64,000 bases of DNA from an uncultured Hyphomicrobiales bacterium (GTDB taxonomy: Bacteria; Bacteroidota; Ignavibacteria; Kapaibacteriales; Kapaibacteriaceae): NCBI GenBank assembly GCA_964467455.1, contig CAYXQJ010000006.1:1867-65866 (forward strand), in the 5' to 3' direction. The notes under the pieces were generated by a model, which saw nothing but the letters and a program-made list of their open reading frames with translations, had not been told where the DNA came from and ran no database searches. A program made the position numbers and the translations under genes. Below, one piece after another: positions 1 to 10,082 of the stretch; position 1 is the first letter of the stretch; the number at the start of each line of letters is the position of its first letter.

Positions 1-977
1 ACAATGTGATCGTTGCGTTGAAGCTGGTGGTGATCTTGTTGTTCATCGGCTTTGGCTTCCAGTATGTGAATGCCGACAACTGGGTGCCGTTCATTCCGGA
101 GAACACCGGTGAGTTCGGCGTTTTTGGCTGGAGCGGCATCTTCCGAGCAGCCGGCGTGATCTTCTTTGCCTATATCGGATTCGATGCGGTGTCGACAGCG
201 GCACAGGAGGCGAAGAATCCGCAACGCGATATGCCCATCGGTATTCTAGCGTCGCTCGCCGTGTGTACGGTGTTGTACATTCTTGTGTCGTTAGTGATGA
301 CGGGTCTTGTTCCGTACACGGCGCTCAACGTTCCCGATCCGATCGCCGTTGCTGTTGACGCTGCAAAACTTCCTGACGGTACGTCGGCGCTTGGATGGTT
401 GTCGCCCTTCATCAAGATCGGCGCCATCGCCGGTCTGAGCTCTGTGATCTTGGTGATGTTGATGGGACAGCCGCGGATCTTCTTCACGATGTCGAAGGAT
501 GGTCTTCTTCCGCCGATCTTCTCGAAGGTCCATCCGAAGTTCCGCACACCGGTTGTTTCCACGATCGTTACGGGTGCCGTGGCCATGGCCATTGCCGGCT
601 TCTTGCCGATCAACGTCCTTAGTGAACTTGTTTCGATCGGTACGCTATTGGCCTTTGTGTTGGTCTGTGCTGCCGTGTTGGTGTTGCGCAAGACCCATCC
701 CGATATGGAACGTCCGTTCAAGGTGCCGTTGGTGCCGTTCATTCCGATCGCCGGTATCGTGGTCTGCCTTGCCCAGATGTTGCCGCTGCCGTTGGCAACG
801 TGGGAACGTCTTATCGCATGGCTTGCCATTGGATTGTTGATCTACTTCTTCTACGGCATCGACCATTCGAAAGCCAATAAGGGCAAGACGTGGGCTGCGC
901 TCGGACAAGTACGGTTGATCGTGGCTGCGTGCTGTGTGATGTTCCTCATCTACGTCGCGTGGTCGCTGATCGTCTGA
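1..977 (+). CDS. APC-superfamily amino-acid permease, C-terminal part (5' end outside window)
   Basis: Frame of ORF 6..977 is open to the window edge. Multi-TM translation with FAYIGFDAVSTAAQEAKNPQRDMP, typical of cationic amino-acid/APC permeases. Confidence 0.85.
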   Translation, partial: NVIVALKLVVILLFIGFGFQYVNADNWVPFIPENTGEFGVFGWSGIFRAAGVIFFAYIGFDAVSTAAQEAKNPQRDMPIGILASLAVCTVLYILVSLVMTGLVPYTALNVPDPIAVAVDAAKLPDGTSALGWLSPFIKIGAIAGLSSVILVMLMGQPRIFFTMSKDGLLPPIFSKVHPKFRTPVVSTIVTGAVAMAIAGFLPINVLSELVSIGTLLAFVLVCAAVLVLRKTHPDMERPFKVPLVPFIPIAGIVVCLAQMLPLPLATWERLIAWLAIGLLIYFFYGIDHSKANKGKTWAALGQVRLIVAACCVMFLIYVAWSLIV

Positions 978-2356
978 TGCAGTTTCAAAAAGCTCTCGGC
1001 GTCTATGACGCAACGATGATCGTCGCCGGATCCATGATCGGGTCCGGCGTTTTTATTGTCAGCGCCGACATCGCCCGCACCGTCAACTCTCCCGCCTTGC
1101 TCCTCTTGGTATGGGGCATTACGGGTCTGCTCACCCTGATCGCCGCCTTATCCTACGGCGAACTTGCCGGCATGATGCCGCAGGCCGGAGGACAATACGT
1201 CTACTTGCGTGAGGCCTTTGGTCCGATGGCCGGCTTCTTGTACGGGTGGACGTTATTCTCCGTCATCCAGACCGGCACGATCGCCGCTGTGGCCATGGCC
1301 TTTGCGAAGTTCACGGCCGTGTTGATCCCGTGGTTTTCCGAGAAGCACGCCTTATTCACCATACCCTTTGGTGAAGGTGGTCTCAGCATAAGCGGAGCGC
1401 AGGTGCTTGCCATCATCAGCATCGTCGGACTCACTGCGTTGAATGCTCGCGGCGTCCGTGCGGGGCGCATTGTGCAGAACCTGTTCACGTCAACGAAGGT
1501 CATCGCCGTTGTCGCCCTTGCCATCATCGGCATCATCTACGGCCTTGGCACCGACGCCTTTGTGCAGAACTTCTCGCAGTCCTTTTCTGGTGAGGGGGCT
1601 GCCCAGCCCCTTAATATCATCATCCCGATGATCGCTGTGGCGATGGTGGGGTCGATCTTCAGCAGTGATGCGTGGAACAACATCACGTTCGTTGCCGGCG
1701 AGGTGAAAGATCCGCATCGGACGATCCCGCGGGCGTTGATCCTTGGGGTGACGATGGTGACGGTGTTGTACCTTGCCGCGAACGTGGCCTATTTGAGTGT
1801 GTTGCCGCTGGAGGCGATCAAGCTCGCCGCGAACGATCGTGTTGGTACGGCTGCTGCGGAGATGATCTTTGGTCCGGCCGGTGCGACGATCATGGCTGTG
1901 TTGATCATGATCAGCACGTTCGGGTGCAACAACGGCATCATTCTTTCCGGTGCGCGCGCATATTGGGCGATGTCGAAGGACAACCTCTTTTTTAAGGGGG
2001 CGGGCACGCTCAACAAGAACGACGTGCCGGGCAACGGCTTGTGGATACAGGCCGTGTGGGCGAGTGCGCTATGTCTGAGCGGCAGCTACGGTGATCTCTT
2101 GGACTACGTGGTGTTTGCCGTGTTGATCTTCTACGTGCTGACGATCCTTGGCATCTTCCGTTTGCGCACGACGCGTCCGCAGGCGGAGCGTCCGTACACG
2201 GCCTTCGGTTATCCCTTCGTGCCGGCGTTGTATATCGTCGCGGCGTTGTTCATCTGCGTCATGCTGCTGATCTACAAGCCCGACTATACGTGGCCGGGGC
2301 TGGTGATCGTGGGGTCGGGGGTGCCGGTGTACTACCTCTGGCGCCGCAAGGCGTAG
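977..2356 (+). CDS. APC-family amino-acid permease
   Basis: Start moved to ATG 977, overlapping the upstream stop (TGATG). N-terminus MQFQKALGVYDATMIVAGSMIGSGVF. About 12 hydrophobic segments. The 890 start in the track is an over-extension. Confidence 0.85.
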   Translation: MQFQKALGVYDATMIVAGSMIGSGVFIVSADIARTVNSPALLLLVWGITGLLTLIAALSYGELAGMMPQAGGQYVYLREAFGPMAGFLYGWTLFSVIQTGTIAAVAMAFAKFTAVLIPWFSEKHALFTIPFGEGGLSISGAQVLAIISIVGLTALNARGVRAGRIVQNLFTSTKVIAVVALAIIGIIYGLGTDAFVQNFSQSFSGEGAAQPLNIIIPMIAVAMVGSIFSSDAWNNITFVAGEVKDPHRTIPRALILGVTMVTVLYLAANVAYLSVLPLEAIKLAANDRVGTAAAEMIFGPAGATIMAVLIMISTFGCNNGIILSGARAYWAMSKDNLFFKGAGTLNKNDVPGNGLWIQAVWASALCLSGSYGDLLDYVVFAVLIFYVLTILGIFRLRTTRPQAERPYTAFGYPFVPALYIVAALFICVMLLIYKPDYTWPGLVIVGSGVPVYYLWRRKA

Positions 2357-2359
2357 CCC

Positions 2360-2417
2360 TGCCGGGGAGCAATAGTGCCGGGTAAGCTTGCCGGGGAGCA
2401 ATAGTGCCGGGTAAGGT
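2360..2417. repeat. GCCGGG-doublet repeat, two tandem 29-nt units
   Basis: TGCCGGGGAGCAATAGTGCCGGGTAAG(CT/GT) occurs twice back to back. Each unit contains two TGCCGGG cores 16 nt apart. Lies between convergent 3' ends. Confidence 0.9.
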
Positions 2418-2424
2418 GGCTGCA

Positions 2425-2712
2425 TTACCCTTGATATGAGCGTTTGATCTCAGCGATCTCGACAGAGTACGACGCGTACCAATCACTACGGCCACGTTGC
2501 TGCGCAGTGACATGGTCTGCATTTCTCTTCCATGCCTTAATGTCTTCCTCTGACTCCCAATACGATAGCGCGATCTCCTGTGCGCCCTCTGTAATGGCAC
2601 TGAATTCAAGGCACCTATACTGGGTCAGAGCAAGTTCGCGAAGGTGACGCGCCATGGCGATGTAGTCGTCATCCAACTGCTTGATCGTTGCTCGAAAGAT
2701 CACGACATACAT
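2425..2712 (-). CDS. Antibiotic-biosynthesis-monooxygenase (ABM) domain protein
   Basis: 95-aa ORF MYVVIFRATIK...ALSYWESEEDIKAWK, with the ferredoxin-like ABM/Dabb pattern. Confidence 0.75.
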   Translation of the reverse strand: MYVVIFRATIKQLDDDYIAMARHLRELALTQYRCLEFSAITEGAQEIALSYWESEEDIKAWKRNADHVTAQQRGRSDWYASYSVEIAEIKRSYQG

Positions 2713-2728
2713 ACCTGTTCCTTAAGGT

Positions 2729-2786
2729 CTTACCCGGCAGCAATGCTCCCCGGCAAGCTTACCCGGCAGCAATGCTCCCCGGCAAG
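2729..2786. repeat. GCCGGG-doublet repeat, two tandem 29-nt units, inverted relative to 2360-2417
   Basis: CTTACCCGGCAGCAATGCTCCCCGGCAAG occurs twice. Its reverse complement differs from the 2387-2415 unit at 3 central positions. Confidence 0.9.
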
Positions 2787-2792
2787 GAGGGG

Positions 2793-4913
2793 TTAGTGTT
2801 GGATGGTGAGCAGCTCCGCTGCCACACCCCCCGCGTTCGCCATCGCCACCACGTACCGTCCCGAGGCCATCAGGGCGGCAGCGTCGATGCGGAGGCTGAA
2901 TGAGCCGACGTTGACGTGGTCGTAGGTTTCGCGCCAGACTTCCTGACCCGTCAGATCCGTGATCGTAAGGGTTAGGGGGCCGGCAGTTGCCACATCGACG
3001 GAGAGCGTAAGCGCAGATGATGCTGGATTCGGTGCTGCAGCGAGCGTGCCGACACGCGTCGTAACGTTGAATTCATCGGACGCGCCGTTCTCTTCGCCGG
3101 CAATGCTCGTGGTGCGGATCGAAGCGACGGCGCCTTTGCCGACCTCGTAGTACGTGCCGCTGTACGTTGTGCGCAAGGCACATCCATGCACACGGTACAA
3201 CACGTCGCCTTCATTCGACAGTGAGTCCTGTAGCGTGGTCTCGGTGATGGCATTCGGAGTGATACGGACCCATCCGGTGTTGGCATTGACGTATCGATAC
3301 ACAACGTAGGCGTCGATGTCATCTGCGGGCTTCGACCACGAGAGGTTGACCTTATTCGGATACTCCGTCGATGCCGTGACCTTGCCCATCGGAGTTACCG
3401 GCTGCATCGCTGCACGCAACGTTGGGTCACCCATCAAGGCGATGTGCACACCACGGTCGCCGATGCTCGCAAGCAGACCTTGGCCTTGTGCATTGTACGA
3501 GATCCACGGCGCGTACCGTCCCAGTTGATTTCCGTTGAGCGAAGCATTGTTGGCCGTAAGCAGGAAGGAGTAGCCGATGGTCTCGCCCAGACCCATGTGA
3601 TGGGTATACCACGCCGGACGTCCTGCCCAGCCACACGTCAACGCATACGGTGACGATGCAAGCGATCCGCGCATGAAATTGTCCTTGGTGTTCCAATCAC
3701 CAAAGTAGCTGCCGAACAATTGCGTGTGCACAGCATAGACGGGCTTGCTGGCAAGATCTGCCGTTGTCCCCACGCCCCCTGCAGAGGTATTGGTGCCACC
3801 ACCACAACCATAGGCAAAACGGTAGGTGCGCGGACCCGCCAACACACCGAAATAGTCGCCGGCCTTGACCGCCGTGTCACCAATGATCGGAGGCTGCGAA
3901 CGCCATGCCGATGCTGCAAAGTGCTCACCATACCCACCGAAATTGTCGTCGACCACGCCGGCATCCATCACGTCGATCTTGTTCGTACGAAACGCATGGT
4001 TCTTGATGAAGTACGCTTTCAACAGATCGAGCTCCGATGCCGTGAACGCCGGCATGTTGTAGAAGTCCACTCTGCCCACCGGCGTCTCCACGGGCGAGGA
4101 GAAGATGCTCTGGTCGTATTTGCCGTCAGCAGGAATGTTGGCGTTCACCGGACGCGACGTGTTGTTGATGTTAACTGAGACATCACTGTACATGCCGTTG
4201 TCGTCGCCGTAGATCCCATCCGCCGGCCATGCACCTCGATGGTCCGGCACGTGTCCGTCCGGTGCGATGTCGCCGGAGTAAGGGACGGGCACTCGACCCA
4301 CTAAGAAGATGGCTTTAAGATCACGCTTATGATCGGTCACCACGCTGCGGATAAGATCCCGAACCCGCAGCACTGCCGCACCATCAAAGTCCTCTGCGCG
4401 CTCAACGGCACGGATGTCCACCGTCCATGCCTCCGCTTCGAGATCGGCACGTAACGTATCAAGATGAGATGTGAGGGGGCTGACCATGGTCGTATCCACC
4501 AACACCAACACCCGCCCCCTATCTGAGGGAAGGGCTTTGATGCCACTCAACACATATCCGCTTGATACAAACCGACGGTAGATCGGAAGCTTCGTCGTGG
4601 TGTCAATGCCGGCCTGTTCGATGATCTCGCGCAACAGTCTGTACTCATAGGTGGTGCCGACAACAACATTCACATCGGTCCACGACGAGGCGACACTATC
4701 AACAGCCGCTACCGGATTCTGCGGCCAGGAGGCGGCATCCTTCGCCTTTCGATAGATCTGTACCGTTCGCTGCCCCTTATCCACCGACCACGTCAAGGTG
4801 ATGGAGGGGGCCGGTGTTTCGCTCACCTCGGCCCGGGCCATGACGACGGTACTCTTGGGACTCTGGGCCGCGGCAGTGATGGTAAGGCAGAAGAAAAGGA
4901 ATAAATAGCGCAT
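2793..4913 (-). CDS. Secreted FN3-containing protein with T9SS C-terminal sorting domain (central domain unassigned, weakly clan-CD/C25-like)
   Basis: Signal peptide MRYLFLFFCLTITAAAQ. FN3-like segments (TLTWSV..YEYRL; VNLSWSKP..LYRVH). C-terminal ~80 aa resemble a Por sorting domain (LTLTITDLTGQEVW...GRYVVAMANAGG). Confidence 0.7.
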   Translation of the reverse strand: MRYLFLFFCLTITAAAQSPKSTVVMARAEVSETPAPSITLTWSVDKGQRTVQIYRKAKDAASWPQNPVAAVDSVASSWTDVNVVVGTTYEYRLLREIIEQAGIDTTTKLPIYRRFVSSGYVLSGIKALPSDRGRVLVLVDTTMVSPLTSHLDTLRADLEAEAWTVDIRAVERAEDFDGAAVLRVRDLIRSVVTDHKRDLKAIFLVGRVPVPYSGDIAPDGHVPDHRGAWPADGIYGDDNGMYSDVSVNINNTSRPVNANIPADGKYDQSIFSSPVETPVGRVDFYNMPAFTASELDLLKAYFIKNHAFRTNKIDVMDAGVVDDNFGGYGEHFAASAWRSQPPIIGDTAVKAGDYFGVLAGPRTYRFAYGCGGGTNTSAGGVGTTADLASKPVYAVHTQLFGSYFGDWNTKDNFMRGSLASSPYALTCGWAGRPAWYTHHMGLGETIGYSFLLTANNASLNGNQLGRYAPWISYNAQGQGLLASIGDRGVHIALMGDPTLRAAMQPVTPMGKVTASTEYPNKVNLSWSKPADDIDAYVVYRYVNANTGWVRITPNAITETTLQDSLSNEGDVLYRVHGCALRTTYSGTYYEVGKGAVASIRTTSIAGEENGASDEFNVTTRVGTLAAAPNPASSALTLSVDVATAGPLTLTITDLTGQEVWRETYDHVNVGSFSLRIDAAALMASGRYVVAMANAGGVAAELLTIQH

Positions 4914-4917
4914 GGTC

Positions 4918-4948
4918 TGTGGTTGGTGGTTGGTAGTTCGTAGTTACT
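4918..4948. repeat. GGTTGGT-type heptamer array abutting the start codon of the minus-strand gene at 4913
   Basis: tgtGGTTGGTGGTTGGTAGTTCGTAGTTac. On the sense strand this reads (ACCAACC)n just upstream of the ATG. Confidence 0.85.
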
Positions 4949-4951
4949 TAC

Positions 4952-4986
4952 CTGGTACGTGGCACCTGGCACCTGGCACGTGGCAC
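4952..4986. repeat. Heptamer array (C/G)TGG(C/T)AC x5
   Basis: CTGGTAC GTGGCAC CTGGCAC CTGGCAC GTGGCAC, in the divergent intergenic region. Confidence 0.9.
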
Positions 4987-5048
4987 ATGAATTTACGCAT
5001 GTAACCGATTTGTATCTTGCCACGTTGTGGGATCGTTCCATTTATGAA

Positions 5049-8000
5049 ATGCCTATGAACGCCTGGATTCGCGTTCTCTCGTTGCTTTTGATCGCTATCG
5101 GCACAACGGTGCCGAGCCATGGGCAATATCCGGCTCAGTGCGATACACGAAAAGATTGTATCGGGCGGGCAGTGGCCTTGACCGTGAACAGTGGACGCAA
5201 CGCCCACTTTATCGAGTTGACCGGTCAACTTACCAAGCCGCGGCAGACGGCACTGTCGGTGGAGATGTGGGTGATCGTGGACCGACAAGCGGGAAAACGA
5301 CAGTTCCTGGGCGGACTCTGGGGCCCCAATCAAGATTACAACGACCAGTGGGTGCTCTACATCGATGAGAACGATCAGCTGACGTTCGAGGTCAACCCCG
5401 AAGCAACGAACCTGAAGAACGCCGACAATACGATCCTGCGCACGCCGGCCTCGGGCATCTATGGACAGTGGACGCACATCACTGCTGTGTTTGATGGTGC
5501 ATCGGCGTCACTGAAACTGTACATCAATGGTGTGTTGACTGCCGGCCCCCTTACAAATGCAGCGTATCCCGTGACGTATCTGCGTCCGATGGATCGTCCG
5601 GATCTGTCTACGTTGATCGGATCGTGTAATGCGCTCGCCGATGATGCGAACCTGTATCGCACAATGAAGGGCATGATCGATGAAGTACGCATTTGGGATC
5701 GTGTGCTCACCGATGCCGAGATCTTGTGCCAACGCAATCTGTCGCTCAATGGCAATGAAGCAGGCCTGATCGCTTACTTGCGTTGCAACGAGCCCGTCAA
5801 CAACGTGGTGCAGACGTGTGATGCAACAGGCAACAATCACACCGGTATGTTGCGCTCCGGTGCTTCGAATCAAAACAGTACGCGCGTGCTGCCGAGGAAT
5901 GTGATCGTCACGCCGGTGACGTTGACGGATGAGATCTTGTGCGATAGTACACGCACATGGGTCTTCACAGTGGAAGACACAAGCATCTGCGGCAGCTCGA
6001 TCACAACGCGAGCGCGCGGTCCGGAAGCAGGGAACTTCACCGTCACTCCTCGAAATCTTACGCTGGTCAAGGGGCGAGTGGATACCATTCGCGTGACGTT
6101 CTCCGGTACGCTCGTGGGATCGTTCTTAGATACACTGCAAGTCTCGCCAACAAATCGATGCGGCTATACGACGTTCGTGAAGTTGAATGTGACGCGGACG
6201 ACCGAGCTGAGTGTCTCGCGCAACAACGTTGTCTTTGACACGCTGTTGGTTGGTTGTAAAGACAAAACGTACATCGATTCGACCATCACGATCTGCAATA
6301 CCACAGATCGATTGGGTTCGCCGCGGACGGTGACGATCTCTAGTATCACCAACCGCGAGCCGCTGAGCTATCGAGTCCTGAATGTGACGTTCCCGCTGAT
6401 CCTTGCACCGGGACAGTGCACGACGCTGACGATCCGCAGTTTGGTGCGCGATACCACCGCGGACTACACGGACTCACTCCGCATCATCAGCGACGATCGC
6501 TGCCAAAATGGTCCGTCTATCATCGCACTTCGCGGTCGCACGCAAGAGGTGATCTCCATCAAGAATCCGGGCGGAACGGCGCGCATCGATACGATGAAGT
6601 TCTCGGCCACGTGTCCGGGACAGTTGAGCAATTCCATTTACTACGTTTGGCAGAACCTGACCCTGGCCCCGATCCAGATCGATACGATCATCGTGCCGCC
6701 GGACTTCACCCATTACGGCATCCGCTTCCCGTTTGTCCTACAACCGGCAACGGGATATAATCCGATCGCCGTGCGCTTCCGTCCAAGGAATCCCGGTGTG
6801 GTGTTCGACAGCATCATCATCCGCACATCAGCAAATGGTTGTGTGATCGAACGCAAGATCTACGTCACGGGTAGGGGGCTGGACAATCGTGTTGAATGGC
6901 AGGTGCAAGGTCTCGTTGATGCCGGCACCGTCGTGGTCGGACAACAACGCACCGTCAACGTCATCGCCAAGAACAATTCCAACATCGATCCGCTCAACGT
7001 TTCGCTCTACGTTGAGACCGGCGAAGCATTCGAATTACTCGGTGCGCGCGGCGCAACGATCCCGCCGGGTGGTACGGTCTCCATTCCGGTGACCTTCAGG
7101 CCGACGGATTCGCTGCGGTATAATGACCGTCTGTGTCTGTTCGAAACACGTTGTTATACCGTCGACTGTATCGACCTCACCGGCAAAGGCATTCTGGAGA
7201 CCTTCCGCTATTCACCGTTGGTGATGGAGACGGAAAATGCCGTTGCCTGCGGAAGTAAACTCGACACGGTCTGCATCGTCAACATCAGCGGCTCTTCGCA
7301 AACATTGACCAGCGTGAACTTCGTCAATAGCACAGGCAAGTTCCGCCCTGTTGATCCGCCATCGATACCACCAACGCTGACCATCAACAACGGCGACTCT
7401 GTTTGTTTTGTGTTGGAGTACATCCCGAACGATGTTACTGGCGACCGTGCCGACCGCGCCTACATCCGCTACAAGAACAGCGGCGCAGATTGGGAAGTGC
7501 AACTCATCGGCACGTCGGCAACACCGAAGATCTTCATCACGCAATACACGGCTTTCGGCATTGTGGAAGTGGGCGATACCCGACAACAAAATCTCACCGT
7601 CGAGAATACCTCTGCGCTGCCGGTGCGCATTGACAGTCTCACGATCGGCAACGGCTTCAACATCGTCTCCATCAGTCGTCCGCTGCCGACGGTCTTGCAG
7701 CCGCGTGATTCGCTTACGGTCGTGGTGGAATTCCGTCCCACCGCCACGCAGACCTATAACGCCAAGCTCACGGCCTATTCCAGCGATCCGTGTGTCATCA
7801 CCGGTGCGGGTGATCTCAACGGTCGCGGTATCATCATGGAACTCGAGAGCGCCTTGTCGCTCGTCAACTTCGGCTACGTACGTCCGTGCGACTGCGTAGA
7901 ACGCACCATCGAACTCCTCAACGGCTCGTTGGTGTTCGACATGAACGTCGACTCTATGTGGATCGATTCGACCGGTGTGCCGGGCGGGCGCCCGCAGTTC

Positions 8001-10082
8001 TTCTCATGGACGTCGAAGTATTCGCCCACGGGCACGCTGCCCTATGCCATCCCTCCGGGTGAGCGCGATACCGTCACCATCCGCTTTTGTCCGAACACAC
8101 CGGCTGATAGTACCACAACGTCCGTGCAGGCCCTCTTGCACATCAAGGCCAGCGGTTCGCAGTGGTCAAAAGAACTTGAGACATTCTTGATCGGAAAACG
8201 AGCGCTCACATTCGCCCCCTATCCGAAATTGATCCAGTTTCCGGCTGGTGTGATCGATGTGATGAGTCCGGTGCCGCGATTTGTTGACATCTCCATTCCG
8301 GGCTTCAATGTCAATCCGGCACAAGACACAGTGGTGATCGATTCGATCACGTTTGAGCCGAATGATCGCGTGTTTTTTGTGATCACTCCGGCCACCTTCC
8401 CGGTGGTGTTGTTGCCCGGACAGAAGATCCAAGTTGAGATCCGGCAACGTCCACGAGCACCTCGTGACTATGAAGCACGGATGATCATCCACTATAGTAA
8501 ACCATGTGCGGGACAGGATACGACGGTCTTGGTGAAGGGGGCAGGGTTTGCCCAACCGCGTGGTCTGACGTTCTCCTATGATCTCCTGCGCGCCGAACCC
8601 GATACGTTCGGCATGGTCTCGTGTGATACGCTTGATGTGCCGCTGTGGTCGTCGATCACGATCGATGCATCGGTCGTTGACGTCTTCATGCGCATTGACT
8701 ACGACACCACACAGTTGCGAATGTTAGGCATCTCGTCGCGTCTGCTCAGCAATCAATGTCAGTCGGCAACGGGCGGCATCACCTACATTCCGGCGGTCAA
8801 TCTGTCGCCATCGCCCTATGGTGGAACGGCCGTGGTGTTGAAGAACTTCTGCGGCATCGATTCGCTGTCGCCGTTCATGATGATGCATTTTGTCACGGTG
8901 AACAACAACCGCGCTGACAGTCGACTTACTGTTGACAGTTTGAACTTCGACACGGAAGACGTGATCCTCTACAAGCTTATCGCCACGGGTGACAGGGGCA
9001 CGGTGTTGGCATATAAGTCCGAGATCACCATACCACAGCCGACAGCGTTTGATAGTGTGCGCATCCTTGATTGTCTCGAGCGAACGATCGTGATCTACAA
9101 CACCGGCGACGTGGCGAACACGCTCGATTCGTTGTTGGATCTGCCTGTGTATACGACCGTGGTGAATGCGGTGCCGGCACTTGGCGATAGTATTCAGCCC
9201 GGTGACTCTGCCGTGGTGACGCTGCGGTTCTGTCCGGGCTCCGAACGTTTCATCGATACCAACCTTGTTGCCGTCAGCAGTGGGCCATGTGATACGCGCG
9301 ATACAACCGCGGTCACGGGCTATGGCTATGCACCGGAGCTTGATGTTGCCGTCGGCGCCATGGAGGTCAACTTCATCCTCGATACGCTCGGTGGCACGAT
9401 CGGCGATACGATCGAGATCCCTGTTATGCTCGACAAAGATGTGTCGGCCACCTATAACGGCGTCACGTACTGGCTCAACGGCCTCAGCGTCGACCTCACC
9501 GTTGTCTACAACGAGCGCTCGCTGAAGTTCCTCGGTGCAACGGCACTTGCCAAACCCGATGACATGACCGTGACGTCAACACTCGGTACCGTCACCATCA
9601 CGGGCACGAACATCGACTCCTTGTCAGGGGGCGAACTGGCACGTCTGCAGTTCGTTGTCACCGTTCCCGAATTCCAGCAGACCGACATCAGTGCATCGAT
9701 CAGCGGCTTCCTCTCCGATTCGCTGCAGTTCCTTGATATCGTGCCGGCGGGCAATATCACGCCGTTCGTAACAGGGGGCAAGTGCGACATCACCGTGGTG
9801 AAGTTCAGCACCGTTGGCACGCCGAAGATCGAGATCTATCCGAACCCGGTCTCGAGTGATGCCACCATCACGTTCCGCATGCAAGAGACGGTGCCGGTGG
9901 ATCTGCATCTCATCAACGCCGAAGGCATTGACGTCCGCACGCTGTTGGATGCAACCACCATCTTCAACGGTGGTGAATACGCTGTCCGTTTCAGTACGTC
10001 GGATCTAGCCGCAGGCATCTACTACGTTCGTATCACCGCCGGCGTCTTCACGAGCACAGTTCCTTTCGTGATCGTGAAATGA
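5049..10082 (+). CDS. Giant secreted adhesin-like protein: LamG domain, many Ig-like repeats, cohesin-like module, T9SS C-terminal domain
   Basis: Start moved to ATG 5049 (signal peptide MPMNAWIRVLSLLLIAIGTTVPSHGQ). LamG/ConA-like segment (GQWTHITAVFDGASASLKLYINGVL..IDEVRIWDRVLTDAEI). Repeated ~100-aa beta-sandwich modules. Cohesin-like IEIPVMLDKDVS..LSVDLTVVYNERSLKF. Sorting domain IEIYPNPVSSDATITF..GIYYVRITAG. Confidence 0.8.
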   Translation: MPMNAWIRVLSLLLIAIGTTVPSHGQYPAQCDTRKDCIGRAVALTVNSGRNAHFIELTGQLTKPRQTALSVEMWVIVDRQAGKRQFLGGLWGPNQDYNDQWVLYIDENDQLTFEVNPEATNLKNADNTILRTPASGIYGQWTHITAVFDGASASLKLYINGVLTAGPLTNAAYPVTYLRPMDRPDLSTLIGSCNALADDANLYRTMKGMIDEVRIWDRVLTDAEILCQRNLSLNGNEAGLIAYLRCNEPVNNVVQTCDATGNNHTGMLRSGASNQNSTRVLPRNVIVTPVTLTDEILCDSTRTWVFTVEDTSICGSSITTRARGPEAGNFTVTPRNLTLVKGRVDTIRVTFSGTLVGSFLDTLQVSPTNRCGYTTFVKLNVTRTTELSVSRNNVVFDTLLVGCKDKTYIDSTITICNTTDRLGSPRTVTISSITNREPLSYRVLNVTFPLILAPGQCTTLTIRSLVRDTTADYTDSLRIISDDRCQNGPSIIALRGRTQEVISIKNPGGTARIDTMKFSATCPGQLSNSIYYVWQNLTLAPIQIDTIIVPPDFTHYGIRFPFVLQPATGYNPIAVRFRPRNPGVVFDSIIIRTSANGCVIERKIYVTGRGLDNRVEWQVQGLVDAGTVVVGQQRTVNVIAKNNSNIDPLNVSLYVETGEAFELLGARGATIPPGGTVSIPVTFRPTDSLRYNDRLCLFETRCYTVDCIDLTGKGILETFRYSPLVMETENAVACGSKLDTVCIVNISGSSQTLTSVNFVNSTGKFRPVDPPSIPPTLTINNGDSVCFVLEYIPNDVTGDRADRAYIRYKNSGADWEVQLIGTSATPKIFITQYTAFGIVEVGDTRQQNLTVENTSALPVRIDSLTIGNGFNIVSISRPLPTVLQPRDSLTVVVEFRPTATQTYNAKLTAYSSDPCVITGAGDLNGRGIIMELESALSLVNFGYVRPCDCVERTIELLNGSLVFDMNVDSMWIDSTGVPGGRPQFFSWTSKYSPTGTLPYAIPPGERDTVTIRFCPNTPADSTTTSVQALLHIKASGSQWSKELETFLIGKRALTFAPYPKLIQFPAGVIDVMSPVPRFVDISIPGFNVNPAQDTVVIDSITFEPNDRVFFVITPATFPVVLLPGQKIQVEIRQRPRAPRDYEARMIIHYSKPCAGQDTTVLVKGAGFAQPRGLTFSYDLLRAEPDTFGMVSCDTLDVPLWSSITIDASVVDVFMRIDYDTTQLRMLGISSRLLSNQCQSATGGITYIPAVNLSPSPYGGTAVVLKNFCGIDSLSPFMMMHFVTVNNNRADSRLTVDSLNFDTEDVILYKLIATGDRGTVLAYKSEITIPQPTAFDSVRILDCLERTIVIYNTGDVANTLDSLLDLPVYTTVVNAVPALGDSIQPGDSAVVTLRFCPGSERFIDTNLVAVSSGPCDTRDTTAVTGYGYAPELDVAVGAMEVNFILDTLGGTIGDTIEIPVMLDKDVSATYNGVTYWLNGLSVDLTVVYNERSLKFLGATALAKPDDMTVTSTLGTVTITGTNIDSLSGGELARLQFVVTVPEFQQTDISASISGFLSDSLQFLDIVPAGNITPFVTGGKCDITVVKFSTVGTPKIEIYPNPVSSDATITFRMQETVPVDLHLINAEGIDVRTLLDATTIFNGGEYAVRFSTSDLAAGIYYVRITAGVFTSTVPFVIVK

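Noticed and set aside
4952-4986. Five TGGCAC-containing heptamers resembling sigma-54 -24 elements
   Set aside because: No TTGC(-12) element sits at the required 5-nt spacing after any copy. The nearest TTGC (5017-5020) is out of register. The pattern is better explained as another heptamer array.
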